From the NCBI GenBank assembly GCA_020891255.1, contig BQFW01000014.1, positions 1,674,001 through 1,738,000 of the forward strand: a DNA stretch of 64,000 bases, read 5' to 3'. The position numbers and the translations under genes are program-made. Origin of the DNA: Entomortierella parvispora E1425 (lineage: Eukaryota > Fungi > Mortierellomycota). A model generated the notes under the pieces. That model was not told where the DNA came from. It was given only the letters and a program-made list of their open reading frames with translations, and ran no database searches. Within the stretch, counting starts at the first letter, position 1. Each line of letters opens with the position of its first letter. Positions 26,990 to 41,000 of this stretch are shown here, one piece after another.

Positions 26990-28223
26990 GTTCTGCTCTC
27001 TTTGGAAGTTTTGTAAAGGAGCCTTGCTAGAGGTTGTTGCTATTCTGTACCACTTGGAGCATCTATGCTGACTTTCCTTCGTCTCGTGAACGATCGTTCT
27101 TTGCCTCCTTATGTAACCTTCAGGTTTGTGTAAAAGCTTTGGAGGATAAAGGCAGTGCATCGCTGTGAAATAAACGTGGTCGTTAGACCTTGGCTTTCTA
27201 ACTTCCACCTCCGCCCGCACTCTAGACTTGCGAACATCTTTTGCGTATATTTTTTGCGAACAGGCACCATTGTTTGGTCGCACCCCCGAACGAACACCAG
27301 CTCCTTAGGATTGGATCAAAACCTTCCACATGTATCGCGAGTCGATCCCATGTTAGGAACTGAGTTCTCTCTCGACTTATGTAAGTATTCTCAGGTCAAA
27401 TCTGCCTTCGGTCATTTCTACCTGATAGTCTCTGACGAGAATACGTAGACGATGGAGATACAAATCTGATTATCGGTTCTTACCCTTGCTTGGGTCCTCT
27501 TTCGCTGCAGTTAAACACGTCCAGTAACGCAAGACTTTCTCTTCGATGACGTTGGCGTCTAAGTATCCAGCTTCCGTGCACCATTTCTAGTCAATAATGA
27601 GTTTATGGGTGGTTGTAGTAGACGAATTAGAAAAAAAAGAAAAAGATAAAGGCACTGCCAGCCATGATCGTACACTTGGCCCAACTTACAGAGATACGCC
27701 TTGATATCGGTCATAAAGTGCACGCGTCGACGTCCTGATACTTTCCCTTCGCTGTTCGCGGACAAGTTGCATACAGGCCAACTCCTTTAGTCTCAAGTCA
27801 AGCTCATGAGCTTGACGCGCCTTCTCGTCGGCATGGAACTGCGCGACAATAGAAGTACTAGACGAGATTCCTTGCGTGTTCTCGTGTTGTCGTGACGCCG
27901 CGAGCTCGGACGCGTCGAGTGGTGAATCCTGCAGGTACAACGAAGCCCAGAGAGATGGAGCATGAGTATATAAGCAAACAGAATGGCACATAGGCATACA
28001 GGTGGCACTGTTCATTCCGCAGCATGCGTAGAGCTGACGCAGTCGAGTCGAGCATTACATTAGATTGACGTCGAGATGAATCGACTTGCTGGGAGCGTGG
28101 TTGCTGGCCAGTTGTCGGAGGCTCCCGTTTCTGTCGTTTTCGCGTCCGCTGTTGTTGCTGTTGTTGCTGCTTGGGTTCCTGGGGCGGTTCCTGGTCCTGC
28201 TGAGACAATTGATCCTTGGGCAT
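26990..28223 (-). pseudogene. Hypothetical gene or relic with a Crypton/NDC10-like (tyrosine-recombinase core-binding) N-terminal motif, apparently truncated
   Basis: Putative exons give 'RTSTRALYDRYQG|KWCTEAGYLDANVIEEKVLRYW', then 'YFTAMHCLY'; I could not splice the downstream frame cleanly and there is no catalytic domain. Confidence 0.3.
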
Positions 28224-28500
28224 TTGGAGAAGGTGCGCCAATGAAAGGATGTAAGAGAAAAGAATGATGTGGCAAATGTGCGCGTGCATGAACAGGCACA
28301 GGCGCCTGACCCCCCTTTATTCCCGTGGACAAAAGAAAGTATCTGTTTTTTGGCCCTTGTTCAATTTCATGGGCTGGTTCATCGGGCCAATAATGGACTG
28401 CAGGCGCGACGACGATTGGCCGACTTGGTCACTGACTTTGTGGACCGTGAATGTCCAGGAAGCGTCTCAATCAAAATGGACAATTAAAAATAATTGTATC

Positions 28501-30535
28501 CTAGAGACCCTCCATCTCACGGATGCGGCCTTCGACAAGCTGAAGCGTGGCGCGCGTCGGCATGGGTAGGCGCCACGATCCATGTGTGACAATCTCGTGT
28601 TGCATCGGAGGGTCCTATGATGAAAAATACAGGCCAGTGTAAGTTTGCATTGTTTTGCACGATAATGAGCGAGGAACAAAAGAAAAAAAATGCATTTACC
28701 GCGAACGCAGGGCAAAGATCCACTGGCAGATACTTGTCATGTTTCTCAGAGAACACTGTCCTATGATGCATTTCATCTAAGTACAAAGGAAGGCGCTATT
28801 AACATATTTTGTATAATGTCAAGAATCAACCCACTTCCCTGTTCCTTACCTGCAAGCGCTGACTTCATCTTCTCAGTAAACTCTTTCACAAGCGTTTGCT
28901 GTATTTGATGGGCCTGGTGTCGCCTCATTATTTCAACAGTCATAGCTCCATAAGAGTTGTAGAACTCTTCGTACCTATGTATCATACAACGTTATGTACG
29001 ACTTAGCGGACAGAGTGATGGAGATCTTGAAGACTACCATTAACGCACGACTTACCAAATCGCCAAATTGTCAATCTCGGCCACAAGTTTCGAGGTCTCT
29101 TCAAAGTCTCCTTCCAGTGTATCTGCCGTCTTGAACACGTCAATAAGCTCCACGAGTTCCGGCTCTAATGCTTCGATCCGCTTGAAAAACGCCACGGCCT
29201 CTTGATACGCTGTCATGTAGAGATGCTCGCGAACGCCGATTTCTTCACTGGAATCGCACGGCAGTGACGTTAGTTCAAGAGACATTCTGTCACTTGATTG
29301 ATGCTATATTATGTAGAGAGTCATTGCTTTACCTTGTTGCTTGGACTAAAGCAAGTGAATCCTCTAGTTCCTCGATAATAACAAGTACTTCCGCTGTATC
29401 ACCTTCCAACACTATTCAAGTAAAAAATCCCTTGTCAGTCAGAATTGAATGCGGGCGAGGCATTAGGGAGGAAAGGGAGTCGCTGGTGATAGTATACCTC
29501 CAAGTTCTTCATCCGTGGGTTGAATGTCCGCACTATATCAAACATACAATGCAGTTAGAGCCCGGAAGAGTTACCAACTGTCAATCGTTAATTCCGTAGT
29601 TCCCAGTGTCGTACGTTAAAACCCCCGCCACCTGATCATAATGGTTCGCTAATGATACGAGAGACTCTGCCATGGTAGTTGTGTGGTGTTCTTGCAATAG
29701 CATCTTCTCTCTGGCAAACGACAAGGCGGACTCGTCCAACGTGATGGCATTTGTCAAGTAGCCCTTGAATTCTGTCCTCTGCTCGCTGAAGTGGTATATC
29801 AACTCTTCTAGTCGAGTGGTGGTCGACTGTATCCTATTCATCCGTTCATTCGACTCGCGATGCAGCTGTTGCAGTCTAACTTCATCCAAAAAGTCAAATA
29901 AGACTGCTCGACCTTCATGGGGCATGGATTGACCTCCTTGCTGTCGAGTCTTTTGAATTTCTGGGTCCACCTCCTTGTTTCTCAGCGCACGCAGAGCTTG
30001 GTCCATTCGAAGGGACACAGTTTTGAGGTCTTTTTGCAAATCCTAAGATTCATAAAATAAAGACCTTCCTTTTAGAGCTGCGGGAGACCTTCCTTTTAGA
30101 GCTGCGGGACATTTCTAGCTCGGTTTTTCGATGGCTGCATCACCATACCCTTGATGCCGCAGACAGCTCGCCAAGTCTGGAGCGCGCTATACGGAGAAGT
30201 GATTCGACCGTCTAAGGAGTACGAAGGAAGGAAGCAACAGGATAAGTCGGCGAAACAGTCACTCTTTCAAAGACCGCGTCTCGTTCCTGCAAGGGAATAA
30301 AGAGGCCATCCCTCATGTTCCAACAGCTAGGGGTGGTAGACAGTACCGTTACTTGAACTTTTATTTGACGCGAGATAAAGCACAGTTTGGAGTAGATCTT
30401 TTCGATTTCGTCGGAATGGCCCTGGCATGCATCCAGTTCCTGGCGTGCTTGCTTGCAAACCTGCTCTGCAAATGAAAGTCCTTTTTTGGACTTGGACATG
30501 AGCTCCAGCAGCAATGAGCGAGCAGAGACATCCAT
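28501..30535 (-). CDS. ATG17: Autophagy scaffold Atg17 (multi-exon)
   Basis: 'LFDFLDE', 'LVSLANHYDQ', 'FYNSYGAMTVEIMRR' and 'FSEKHDKYLPVDLCP' match the Atg17 helical scaffold. Confidence 0.82.
30061..30108. repeat. Perfect 24-bp tandem duplication inside an ATG17 intron
   Basis: agaccttccttttagagctgcggg x2. Confidence 0.95.
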
Positions 30536-30658
30536 GGTAGTTTTAAACGGTGTCGTGTGTATGTGGTGGTGTGTGCTGCATGCATGCAAACCATGAACAT
30601 CTTTTTGCGCAGGTCAAAGCTACTTAAGGGCCAGCCAAGCAACCACCTGCCCAAAAAT

Positions 30659-32592
30659 TTAGAGGTCGCCGCCATCCAGAAACGACTCTCGAGCTGCCAA
30701 AACGTCGTCTACCCACCACGTATCCAAATCATCTCTGGTGCCGGTCTGGATAATGCGCTCTGCCTCTTCAAAGTCGACTCCATTTCTCTTCATTGTGAGG
30801 CGTGCAATCGTCTGTGGAAGGAGCACGTCCATGACAAAGTGAAGGCGCATCTGATCCGAGAAATCTTTAGTCAAGTCGCCTTCCCGTTTCATGGGAGTTC
30901 CAGGTGCCTCACTTGTTGGGGGATTCTTCGTTGTCTCTGTTGATTGCTCCATCTCCGTGTTGTTTTCCTGTGTAAGATCCATCTTCTTTGTGGTGCTCAG
31001 GTCCGGCAAGAACTCGGCCTGTAACATGGAGCTGATGAGTGCATACTGCGCTTTGTTGAAACACCCGGGTCCAACACGCTGCGCCAGTGATAGACGCGCC
31101 TTTCCTCCTTTCATGAACGCCTGTGAACGCCCTCCTTCGTCCTCCTTGCCCGCAATAATGGCGTAAAGTTCTGGGTATATGCCAACAACGAGATTTTGCA
31201 GCTCTGGTTCGCGATAGTTCTCTATCACGGTAGGCATTGCCATCTCGCCAAGCTACAAACATCATGTAAAGGTCAGTCAATGTTTCTGGAGAGAGTGGCA
31301 TGAATTGAGGGTACTCTGCAGGTGCTCATACCGGACACTTCTGGAATTCCTTCTCGTAGCGTGTATAGAATTTTTTCCGTTCAATTGACTTGACATGACC
31401 TGTGGCAAACTCAATCTAAAAAACAGATCATATCAGACATTTGTACTTCTGGGCTACGCTTTCTTACGAATTGCAGAGCGATCTTTTACCTTGTACTTGT
31501 TGGAGCTTTTGTTGAAAGATGTTATCCTTGCGGGATAATAAAGCCGACCATCCAAAGCCAGGATTAACTCTCCCGGGATAGACAGGCTAAGGATAGTAAT
31601 GTAATAACATCAATAAATATAGTTGCCATTCCGATTGACGTCCATAAAGCGAAAGTACAAACAAACCTCGAATCGACATGGCACTCTGAGCCACCACTTG
31701 ATCTATATGGATGAAGAGCCTGGTCTTTAGTACATAGACTCTTGATCTATTATAAATATATCCGGGCTTTGATATTACAGTTTCCGGGTCCCACCCATCG
31801 TAGTAGTCGCCCCATTTGTTGATGCCGTATTCTTGTGGGGTGCTGGCAAAGGCGTTGATGACATGTTGCTCAAAACATCGTCCAAACTGGGGAGATCATC
31901 GTCGTCCTTCATTTGCGCCTCAGTAGCTTCTGTGTATGCATTCAGGAATACTGCTGATTTCGAACCAGCGCTGTAGTGAGATTCTTTGCTAGGGTGTTCA
32001 AACGGAACAATATTTGCTTCTGTGCACTCCATTGTCAACATCCTAGAAATAGAAAGAAGACGTCGCGTCAGTATCCACCTTTTGTTCAATTGCCCATAAT
32101 CATCACGCAAAATGCTTTCTGTTGTTGTACTTTGGCTTGACTTTTCCGAATCGTGAAACTTGGACAGTGTTGTTTTTTTGATGAAACTGTCGAAGCTGTG
32201 TTGCAATTGAGCGTCAGGATCATGGCCTCACTTCAAAACCTCGAGAGTTGTTCTTTTCTTTTGGACCAGCGGATAAACCATACCTTTCCTGGCCACCAAA
32301 ATCCTTTTTCATCGCACACCCATACAACTTGAGGTAGGGTAGCGGACCAAGGAATTTCCACTTTTTGATATTTCGTGGGCGGCAACTCTAGCTCTCTTTC
32401 AGTTCTCTTCACTGGAGCGGTCGCAGTCTCGGCTTCTGAAGAAGTATTATTCCTGACGGCATTACTCTCATCGTCCTTGGCTTTGGTGTCTGCGATCACT
32501 GATGAAGGTTCGTTGCTCTGTGGAGCAAGTGTAATGTGCGAATCATGAACTTGCTGCTCCTGTTTCTGCCTACGTCGTGTTTGCATGTCCAA
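30659..32592 (-). CDS. Hypothetical protein with PWWP/Tudor-like modules (multi-exon)
   Basis: 'VVWVCDEKGFWWPGK', a second module 'PGELILALDGRLYYPARITSF...YK|IEFATG', and a C-terminal helical region 'LHFVMDVLLPQTI'. Confidence 0.6.
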
Positions 32593-33179
32593 CTAGGAAT
32601 GATTGAGTGGGAATGTGGCGAAATAAAGAGGGAAACAAGCAGGAAGAGAAGTGGAGCGAAAAATGAATGAATGAATGTTGAATGGAAGAATGAATGTAGA
32701 ACGACTGCTTTTTTGTACCTTGCTCTCTTGGGTGCATCCTTCGGGGTCAACACGCGAGCGAAGGAGCAAAGGAGAGGCCCAAGAGCCGAGATGGATTCTT
32801 CTTCCACCCTCCTTCTCACGTCCTCTATCCATCCTTTTTATCTCTACACTTCTGTTTCTATAAGTCTGACTACGCGTCCTACCCCTGGCTCCTCTGTTCG
32901 CGTGCCATATCCATGTCGATCTGCGCTTGCAAACCGCGTGCACCTCCCCAGAGCCAGAGTGGTGGCGCATGTGGCTTGGCAACATGAGCAGGCGGCCATC
33001 GAGACTGTGTGCCCAGGCTCTATCTTTTTCGGCTCTTTTCCCCTGGCGGCCGTTCCTTCCTCAGTCTTTCTTCTGTCCAACCAAGTCCATCCCTCTCCTA
33101 CTCAGGCCCTTTGCAGGACACATTTCGCCCTGCTCTTCCTCGATTTATTGCAACTATTTATAAATTATAGACGATTCCC

Positions 33180-34747
33180 ATGGACAGAATCGACAGGAGT
33201 CTTGACGACATCATTGCCGCTCAGAAAGGGAAGAAGAAGCCGGATGTGAAGAAGGCACCGAGGTTGGCGAGAGTGCCGAGCAAGGGCCGAGTGTCGAAGC
33301 CATTTACTAGAGGAGTACGTGTGAATTCCATGAGCGGTCCGGCAGTTGAAGGCATTCAGCCATGTCATCTTGACTAACACTTGATCTACCCTGCAGCATG
33401 CTGTCACTGCGCGAGAAGCAGCCATCTTTTCAGAGACCTACAGGGCCATGAACGCTCCAGTCAAAGAGATCTTTACTTCTCAATATATCCCGAACTATGG
33501 ATCGATTAAGCTTGTCGCGCACAACCCCAACGCTTCGAGAGACGAGGCGGACAGGACATCGCCAGTCTCAAAAATCTCAAGATCACCTTCAGTGAGAATG
33601 TCCACAGGACCTACTTCGTCACATGGCAGTTCACGTTCAGCAAGCGACATCTCGCGCTCATTGTCAAGCAGCCGCCAAGGAGATTTCTACCGACCTTCGC
33701 CTTCCAACAGAGAAAACAATAGGAGTAGGGAGACCGAGAGGAGCATGCGTTACAAGGAGGAGCATGGCGGAAATATGAGACGTCCGTCAGATGCATCTCA
33801 TTCCAGACGCAGGAGTGAGAGCAGTTCTTCTCGCCCTGTTAGTGGTCACGAAAATCGCAACTCGATGAGCAACGGCAATTCTCGAGCACCATCTCAACGT
33901 ATAGAGTCGAAGGCGCCTGCTTCGCCTGTCACAATCAAATTGGAAGATACAACAGACGAAATGGAAATAGATGAGGGCCCTGTCAAGGCAGGGCGCATGT
34001 CACCACAGGAGGAATTCACAATCAGGGGTGAAGGCGGGCCAGCTACCGTTGAAATTGATAACTTGGATCCAGAAACTACAACGGAGGATGTCAAGGTCTC
34101 TATCCCTACACAGTCGTGGAATGATGGACAGCGTAGCATACTTGACATTAACACGGTCGTGTGATTATCCATTTCTAGGTCGTATGCTCACGATATGGAG
34201 AGATTAGATCTTGCATCTGCTCCAATGGATCCGCCCAGGTCACATATGCCAGGAAGGCTGCAGCAGTAGCAGCTTTGGAATGTTTGAATGGAAAGAAAGC
34301 TGACAATGGTATGGCTACATTATTTGTCAGATATGACCAATCGATGTGTGTTTGGACTTGTGCGATGAAGTGCTAACTGTACCTGTATTTTAGATCGAAT
34401 TTTGAAAGTACGGATGAGAAAGACGGCGATTATTCACCACAACCCTATTGTGGGTGTGACCCATATACCGACACCAATTGCAGGACCGATGAGGCTCATC
34501 AGCAAAGCTGTCCAAGGAAGGTAAAGACGGCTCTGTGTGTAAAATCTGTAGAAGGAACTCTCAGCTATTAGGCCCTATACTTACACTCTTTCTTCCATGC
34601 TATGTTAGTATTTCCAACGTTGGAGCAATATACGCGGATCAGTTGGCAACAGCGCAGGCCATTCTGGCCGCACAACAGCAGAGGCTGGAACAACTTCACC
34701 AAGAGGAAAGGCGCCTCGCTGCAAACAGGCAGCAAAATGTCGAATAA
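33180..34747 (+). CDS. RRM-containing RNA-binding protein with an ALYREF/Yra1-like N-terminal motif
   Basis: Starts 'MDRIDRSLDDII' (resembles the UAP56-binding motif); RS-rich middle; RRM 'ATVEIDNLDPETTTEDVK...FGEIRSC...AQVTY...AAAVAALECLNG'. Confidence 0.7.
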
Positions 34748-34934
34748 AAATAATTTATTTTGAGACTATTTATTCAAGGAGAACAGCATCCGAACAGTCC
34801 GGCCAAGGTTGCACCCAACGTCTCGTGCTCCCAGCTGGTTGAACTCATCCCTCTGCACAACCGCACATTGGCCTCTGCATATTTCAACTCCATTCTATAG
34901 TTCAGCCTGCCTGTTTTCCTCCACATCAGTCCCC

Positions 34935-37480
34935 ATGGTCTACCACAGTATTTCTGACCGAACCTCAGGAAAGAATGTCGCTGCCATCCTCAGCGACATT
35001 GTTAATGGTATGAGCCCATAAACGCGCAATGAGGTTTCGTCCCCAAGCTTTTCATGTTCGTTGTGGATGACTAACTGTAGAGTCATATCCTACAGGCAGT
35101 GCTGCTCTGGATTATTCGGAACGTCGTCCCGTCATCGATGCGCTGATGCAAGACTTGAAGGAAGACGGTGTCTACAAGAACTGGACCGAGAGAGGTAGCG
35201 CGCGTCAACTTGAAGTTGCAATATTTGAATTGGCTCGCTCTACCCAGTGTTGCTCATGTTCTGATCCATCCGCTGCAAAATATAGAGCGAGTCGTGGCAT
35301 TGCAAGCACTGAAGACATTGGGTCGTCAGACAGAGGGCTGCGAGAGTATCTTCACTGAAGAGGTAACCGTCATGCATCCCATTTTGCTCATCAGCCACCG
35401 CCCCTGGCCCCCTTGTTCTTCTTCATCTCTCCTCTCGCTTTTCACCTACGCCGCGGGTCCCATTCAAACGAATGTCTCCTTAATGTCTCCTTTAACTCTT
35501 CGTGCCTTTTGCAACTCAGGGCATCCGTACGCTGATGTACCACTCCGGTTTGAACAAAGCCACGGAAACATTTGTGGACAAGTCTGGGTCCAAAGAAGCC
35601 CTAAAATGCCTGGCCAATGTGCTGCTGCTAAAGCCCATCACAAAACCCATATTCGAAAGACTTGAAGGTCATGTACAATGCTGTCAGCTGTTAAAGGTAT
35701 GGCTGGTCCGCTTCGTGAGGTCGTCTTCAGTACCCCAAGAAAGATTTTGCTAAACTTCTTATCCAATATAGAGACCCCACCTTTCGAACGAATCTCAGTT
35801 TTTGTTCAATCGCATTCTGTTTTTGGTCACATTTGACGCGATTACGATTGTAAAGAGTCTTATTGATGACCATAACGCTGTGTCCAATATCGGGGTGGTA
35901 AGTCTGATGGAAAAAAAATAACGGCTTGAGCAAGTAACCAATGTCACTGACATGTTGTTGCAATAGGTTCTTAAAACTCAACTGGCCAGGACACCGGACG
36001 GCACCATGTTCACGCAAACCATGGTGCTGAGTGAGGCGTTAAAGTTCCTTTTCAACCTGATGATGATGGATCCAAAGATCGACCGCGGAGGCAACATTCT
36101 TTCAGACGAGGAAAAGAACATCGAGACAGGAAAGAGATTCCAAAGGTAAAAATAATCAGAACAATTAATGCAAGTCTGAACCCTGTCACTCACTCGCAAT
36201 AACAATTGATCATTGAAACATAGCTTATTGCCCACAATCGTGTCCATCTTGACAGCGATTCCTCACTCGCCCTCCAACCCACTGTCGCCACCACATTCTC
36301 ATGCCATCCATGTACTGCTCAATTTCCCAATTTCGGTCTCAGCGTTACTTGTTACCCGCTCTCAGCAAGCGCTCTTGTTAAGCGTCCTTATTCAAATGTT
36401 GGACGACACGCTTAAGTATCTACTGAACACGGACGAGGAGACCGATGGATTGAGCAACGGAGCGGATCTTGATGAGATTGTACCGCCGTTGGTACTTGTT
36501 CTTACAAACATTGCATCTTCTGGAGGCGAAGGCAAAGTCGCACTCAAGGCTAGGCTTCTTCCAGACGACGTGTAAGTCTTAGCAGTGTTCGTTTTATTAC
36601 TTGAAAACACCGCGGGCTTGAAATTTAATAACGATCTTTTGTTGTATTAGGGACCGGTCGCAGCCCTTGGAGAAAGGCAACTCGTTCTCGGCTAGACTTA
36701 TTCGAAGAATGACATCGATCCGGTTCCCACAGATCAGAGAGACCATCAGCCAGTTACTTTACGTTATCTGTGATGAAAATGGTATACTTTACCAGCTTTT
36801 TTTTTTATTTTTTTTATCCATGCACGTTGCCACCAAACTCTAACCATTTTGAGAATATTTCATGTCTAGCTTCAACCTTGACACGTCATGTTGGATATGG
36901 AAATGCTGCAGGATTTCTCATGAACAGGAACCTGGGTATGCCAACTTCCATGCAAAGTGGTGGAAGCAACAGCGCAAGTCGCGAGAGCGATGATGAATCA
37001 CATTCTCCGCAAGTGGAAGACATTGACGACCTGGAGGCGTCTTCAACACCGCCAGCCACTTCTTCTTCTCGGAAGGTTTCTTCTGAAACCGAAACGAACA
37101 AAAAGGGGACAACGACGACCACAACAGCGGCTCCAAAGCCTAGACCAACCCTGGATGCAAACCGGCGATTTTCGTCGACATCAACTAAATCTCCTTCGGC
37201 GGCGAGTCCTCCAGTCAATCCGATTACAGGTGCCTATTACCCAGACCTTGCTTCGATCCGCACTGCAATGGCAGATATGACAGAGGAAGAAAAGGAGGAG
37301 GAGGCGGGTCGATTGTTGGACATGTTTGACAAGCTGCGTCGAAACGGAGTGATGCAGGTTCAGAATCCAGCGTTGGAGGCAGGACTGAGGCAGCGGGAGC
37401 TGGATCGGTACTACGAAGAAGAAGAGCGGCGAGAACAAGAGGAAGACGAAGAGCTGGAGCGAACGTACGGCAAGATATGA
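34935..37480 (+). CDS. RIC8: Ric-8 (synembryn) G-alpha chaperone/GEF (multi-exon)
   Basis: 'EALKCLANVLLL', 'RHVGYGNAAGFLMNR', 'VNPITG' and 'MTEEEKEEEAGRLLDMFDKLRRNGVMQV'. Confidence 0.93.
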
Positions 37481-38009
37481 AATGTTTGCTTTCTCTACGA
37501 ATGGAAATACACATCTTTTACAGTACCCCCCTGGCGGAACACCAAAAAAAAAAAAAAAAAAAAAAAAGAGCAGAGGCACCACAGCCCTTAAGCGTACGTC
37601 CAGTTTGTATGGTGTGGAAGCCAGCAACAATTTTTCTTCAGCGAGAAAGTTGTAAACAAAGAAAAAGCGAGGCCAAGAAACACTCGCAGTCGCCTTTGAG
37701 TCGCTGGAGACACTGCTTGGACAGAGGCAGGCCGGTCTTTGTTCTGCGAGAGTGAGAGCGAGACAGAGACAGAGAGAGAGAGAGTGCCTCAAGAGTTGTT
37801 GCCAGCCACGAATCATTTCATTCTCTCCTCTCTCTTTCCCACTACCCCCCTCCATCCCCCTTCCCATCCCATCCATCTCCCCCTCCCCCTCCCCTCCTCC
37901 CTCTTCTTCCTTTTTTCATTTCTAATCTTTTCTCTTTACCACCCCTCACCCCCACCACTCTCATTGTAACTCCATCCCCCGTGGGTTATGTACTAATCGA
38001 TCACCTATT

Positions 38010-41000
38010 ATGAAAAGGAATTCCACCCAACCCCCATCATCCGGTACCACTCCCATCAGCTTTGCCGCGGCTGCCCAAAAGAACACCACCAAAGCCAACT
38101 CTCCAGCACAGACACCCGCTACGACGACGCCTCAGCCAGTTCAGCCAGCAGCCTCATCCGCAGCAAACGTCTCTGCTTCCGCCTCTGCCCCAGCAACCCA
38201 GACACCTTCGTCGACTGCAACGACGTCGTCTTCTGGAAGCCAGGCTGCAGCCTCCCCCTCAACCCCTTCTACCCCCTCAAAGCAACAGTCGGCCCCCAAG
38301 CCTGTCTCGACTGCCAATGGCAACTACTCTGCTGTAGCCGCCAAGGCTAATGCGTACGTATACCCCCCTCCCTGTATTCGATCAACTTTGTGTACAGCTG
38401 GACATGCAAAGGATCTGTGTGCACACCGAGTTCAAATCTCGCTTGTGCTGGCAAAGAGAAAGGAAGGCAGGAAAGGATGCCCGAGCCCCCCTTCATGCCA
38501 CTGCATCCTCTTGAGATCGTTTTTATTCAGTTTGCAAGGACCAGGGACAGCGATCAAACCCTGGATTCATGGCCGGAATCAACATTATAGGGAATGGCTA
38601 GCTCGTCATTCTCAGACTGGCGTCCAGTTTATGCAGTAGCGATGCAGGCGCAGGCGTCATTGCTGTCCATGGTGGTTTTTTTTCTTCCTTATTTTTATTT
38701 TGATCTGCCGATCCCTTTGCCACATTTGTTCTTTTTATTTTTGTCATGTGTTTACTGCGGGCATCTCGGTGCGAAACTGACCTCTTGGAGTGGGGGCTTG
38801 AATGCCAGCTGCGCCGTTGCCGCTTTGGGTGTTTTCAAGCAGTGGCCCGTTCGCAAGGCACTGGACGCAAGAGAATATCATCACCGATAGTATCAATCAC
38901 TCACGCTCTGCCTCTTTTATGATGACATCAAATAGTGCCAACAGACGATCGCAGGTACCACCCGCTGCCGCGCCTGCCGTGAAGGGCGCCCCTGCAAAGG
39001 CCGCATCCCCTGCCGTCTCTCAATCTAACGCACCCGCTGCGTCTTCCCCTGCACCTGTCTCGGGAAGCTCTGGTAAGCTTCAGTCGCACACAATGCACGC
39101 ACACAGGGACCTCCGACGCGAGATTTGATCAGGAAGCAACAGTCAGGGATATCGACCGATGCACAAACTTACCCACACACAGGAGGCCGACATTGAGCAC
39201 TCTGCATCAAGGGGCTGACATACCAGAACACAGAAAGAGAACGGAACGGAACTAACCTCGCTTTTTACTCGTCCATGTTTGCTACAGCGTCCTCGATTCG
39301 CTTTGGATCCATCAATGACTCTGCCTCAGGATCTGAACCCACCGTTACCCAGGACGGAGCCAACTCTGCCGCTGCTGCTGGTGCCTCCATGACTTTCGGA
39401 AGCATTGCCGCCTCTGGCAAGATCCCCAGCTCAAAGGCTGATGAGGTAAGGCACCTACTTCGAATCTCACAAAACGATACAGTGGGTGGCTGCGAACCAT
39501 GAAGACTAAACGTGACATTGTTCTTTTTTCTAGGCTGTTGCTGTTGAGAACACTCAGGCCCCTGCACAGGCCCCTGAGCACCAGAACACCTATAAGCCCA
39601 TTCCCCATGTCCCTCAGCCTCACTTGGCCCATGGACACCACAACTCTCACAGACGCACGGACTCAACCTCTTCAGCGCACAACGAGCACCCCCATTACCG
39701 TGCCCAGGTTCCACCTACCCTCTCGCAGGCTCCCATGATCCCCGCCATGGTTCCCCAGTCTGGACCAGCTTCGTTCGCCTCTCAGCGTCCCCCTCTTAAG
39801 AACCAGGGTGGCATGGGACCCATGAACCCTCAAGCTCAGCACCATGGAATGCATTCTCACACCCAGCAGCCTTGGCAAGGACAGCCTTACCATGTAAGTC
39901 GAAAGAAGTACCTGGATGCAAAACGTCTTTGATCAGAAGGACTAATTGGATATTTCTTTTTATATAGTACATGCCTTCTTACGACGCACCCTATTACCAG
40001 CCCATGTACGCTCCCCCCATGTCCGGCTATGGAGTTCCCCAGCGTCCCATGAACAACAGAACCTCCTTCAACACCAGCGCCCCTGCTTTCACACCCCAGA
40101 CCCAGGTTTCAAAGCGTATTGCTATCATTGATCCCAACACTCACACGGAGGTCAAGCCTCTGCCCGCAGCTGTTGGCTCGCCTTCGTCCACTGAGGCCAA
40201 GGCTGCCAAGAACCCTGTTGTCATTGACGTGAAGAACCCTGAAGAGGACAAGAAGACCATCATCACTCCTCCTGCTGTCAAGAACGCCATCAAGATCGTC
40301 AACCCAGCTGATCGCGAGCGTGAAGAAAGAGAGCGCAAGGAGAAGGAAGAGAAGGAGCGCCTGGAAAAGGAAGAGAAAGAACGCAAGGAGCGTGAGGAAA
40401 AGGAGCGCATCGAACGGGAGGCCAAGGAGGCCGAAGAGCGTCGCATCCGCGAGGAACAGGAAGAGAAGGAGCGCATCGAGGCCGCTGCTCGCGCTGAACA
40501 GGAGCGCAAGGAGAAGGAGGCTCGTGAACTCAAGGAAAAGGAAGAGCGTGAAGAAAGAGAGCGTATCGAGGCCGAGCGCAAGCGCAAGGAAGAAGAGGAG
40601 CGCATTGCTCGCGAGAAGGCTGAGGCCGAGGCTGAGAAGGCCCGCCTTGAGAAGGAGAAGGCCGAGCTTGAGGCCAAGGAGAAGCTCGAGGCCGAGCGCC
40701 GCATTGCTCTTGAGACCGAGAAGCTTGCCGAGAAGGTCAAGCAGGAAGAGTTGGCCGCTGCTGCCGCCAAGGCCGAGGCCGAAAAGGCTGCTGCTGCTGC
40801 TGCTGCCGATGCCAAGCCCTCGGTCCCTGCCGTGGAGTCTCTCAAGGCCGGTCTCTCTGTCGACCTTGCCCGCACTGTCTCTGCCCCCACCCCTAGCCCC
40901 TCTGCTCGCATCGACAACTTTGGCGCCGTCACCTACCCCTCGCACATTCAGTCGCCCAGCGGTGCTGATGCTCAAGGAAAATTCAGATACGATCGGGACT

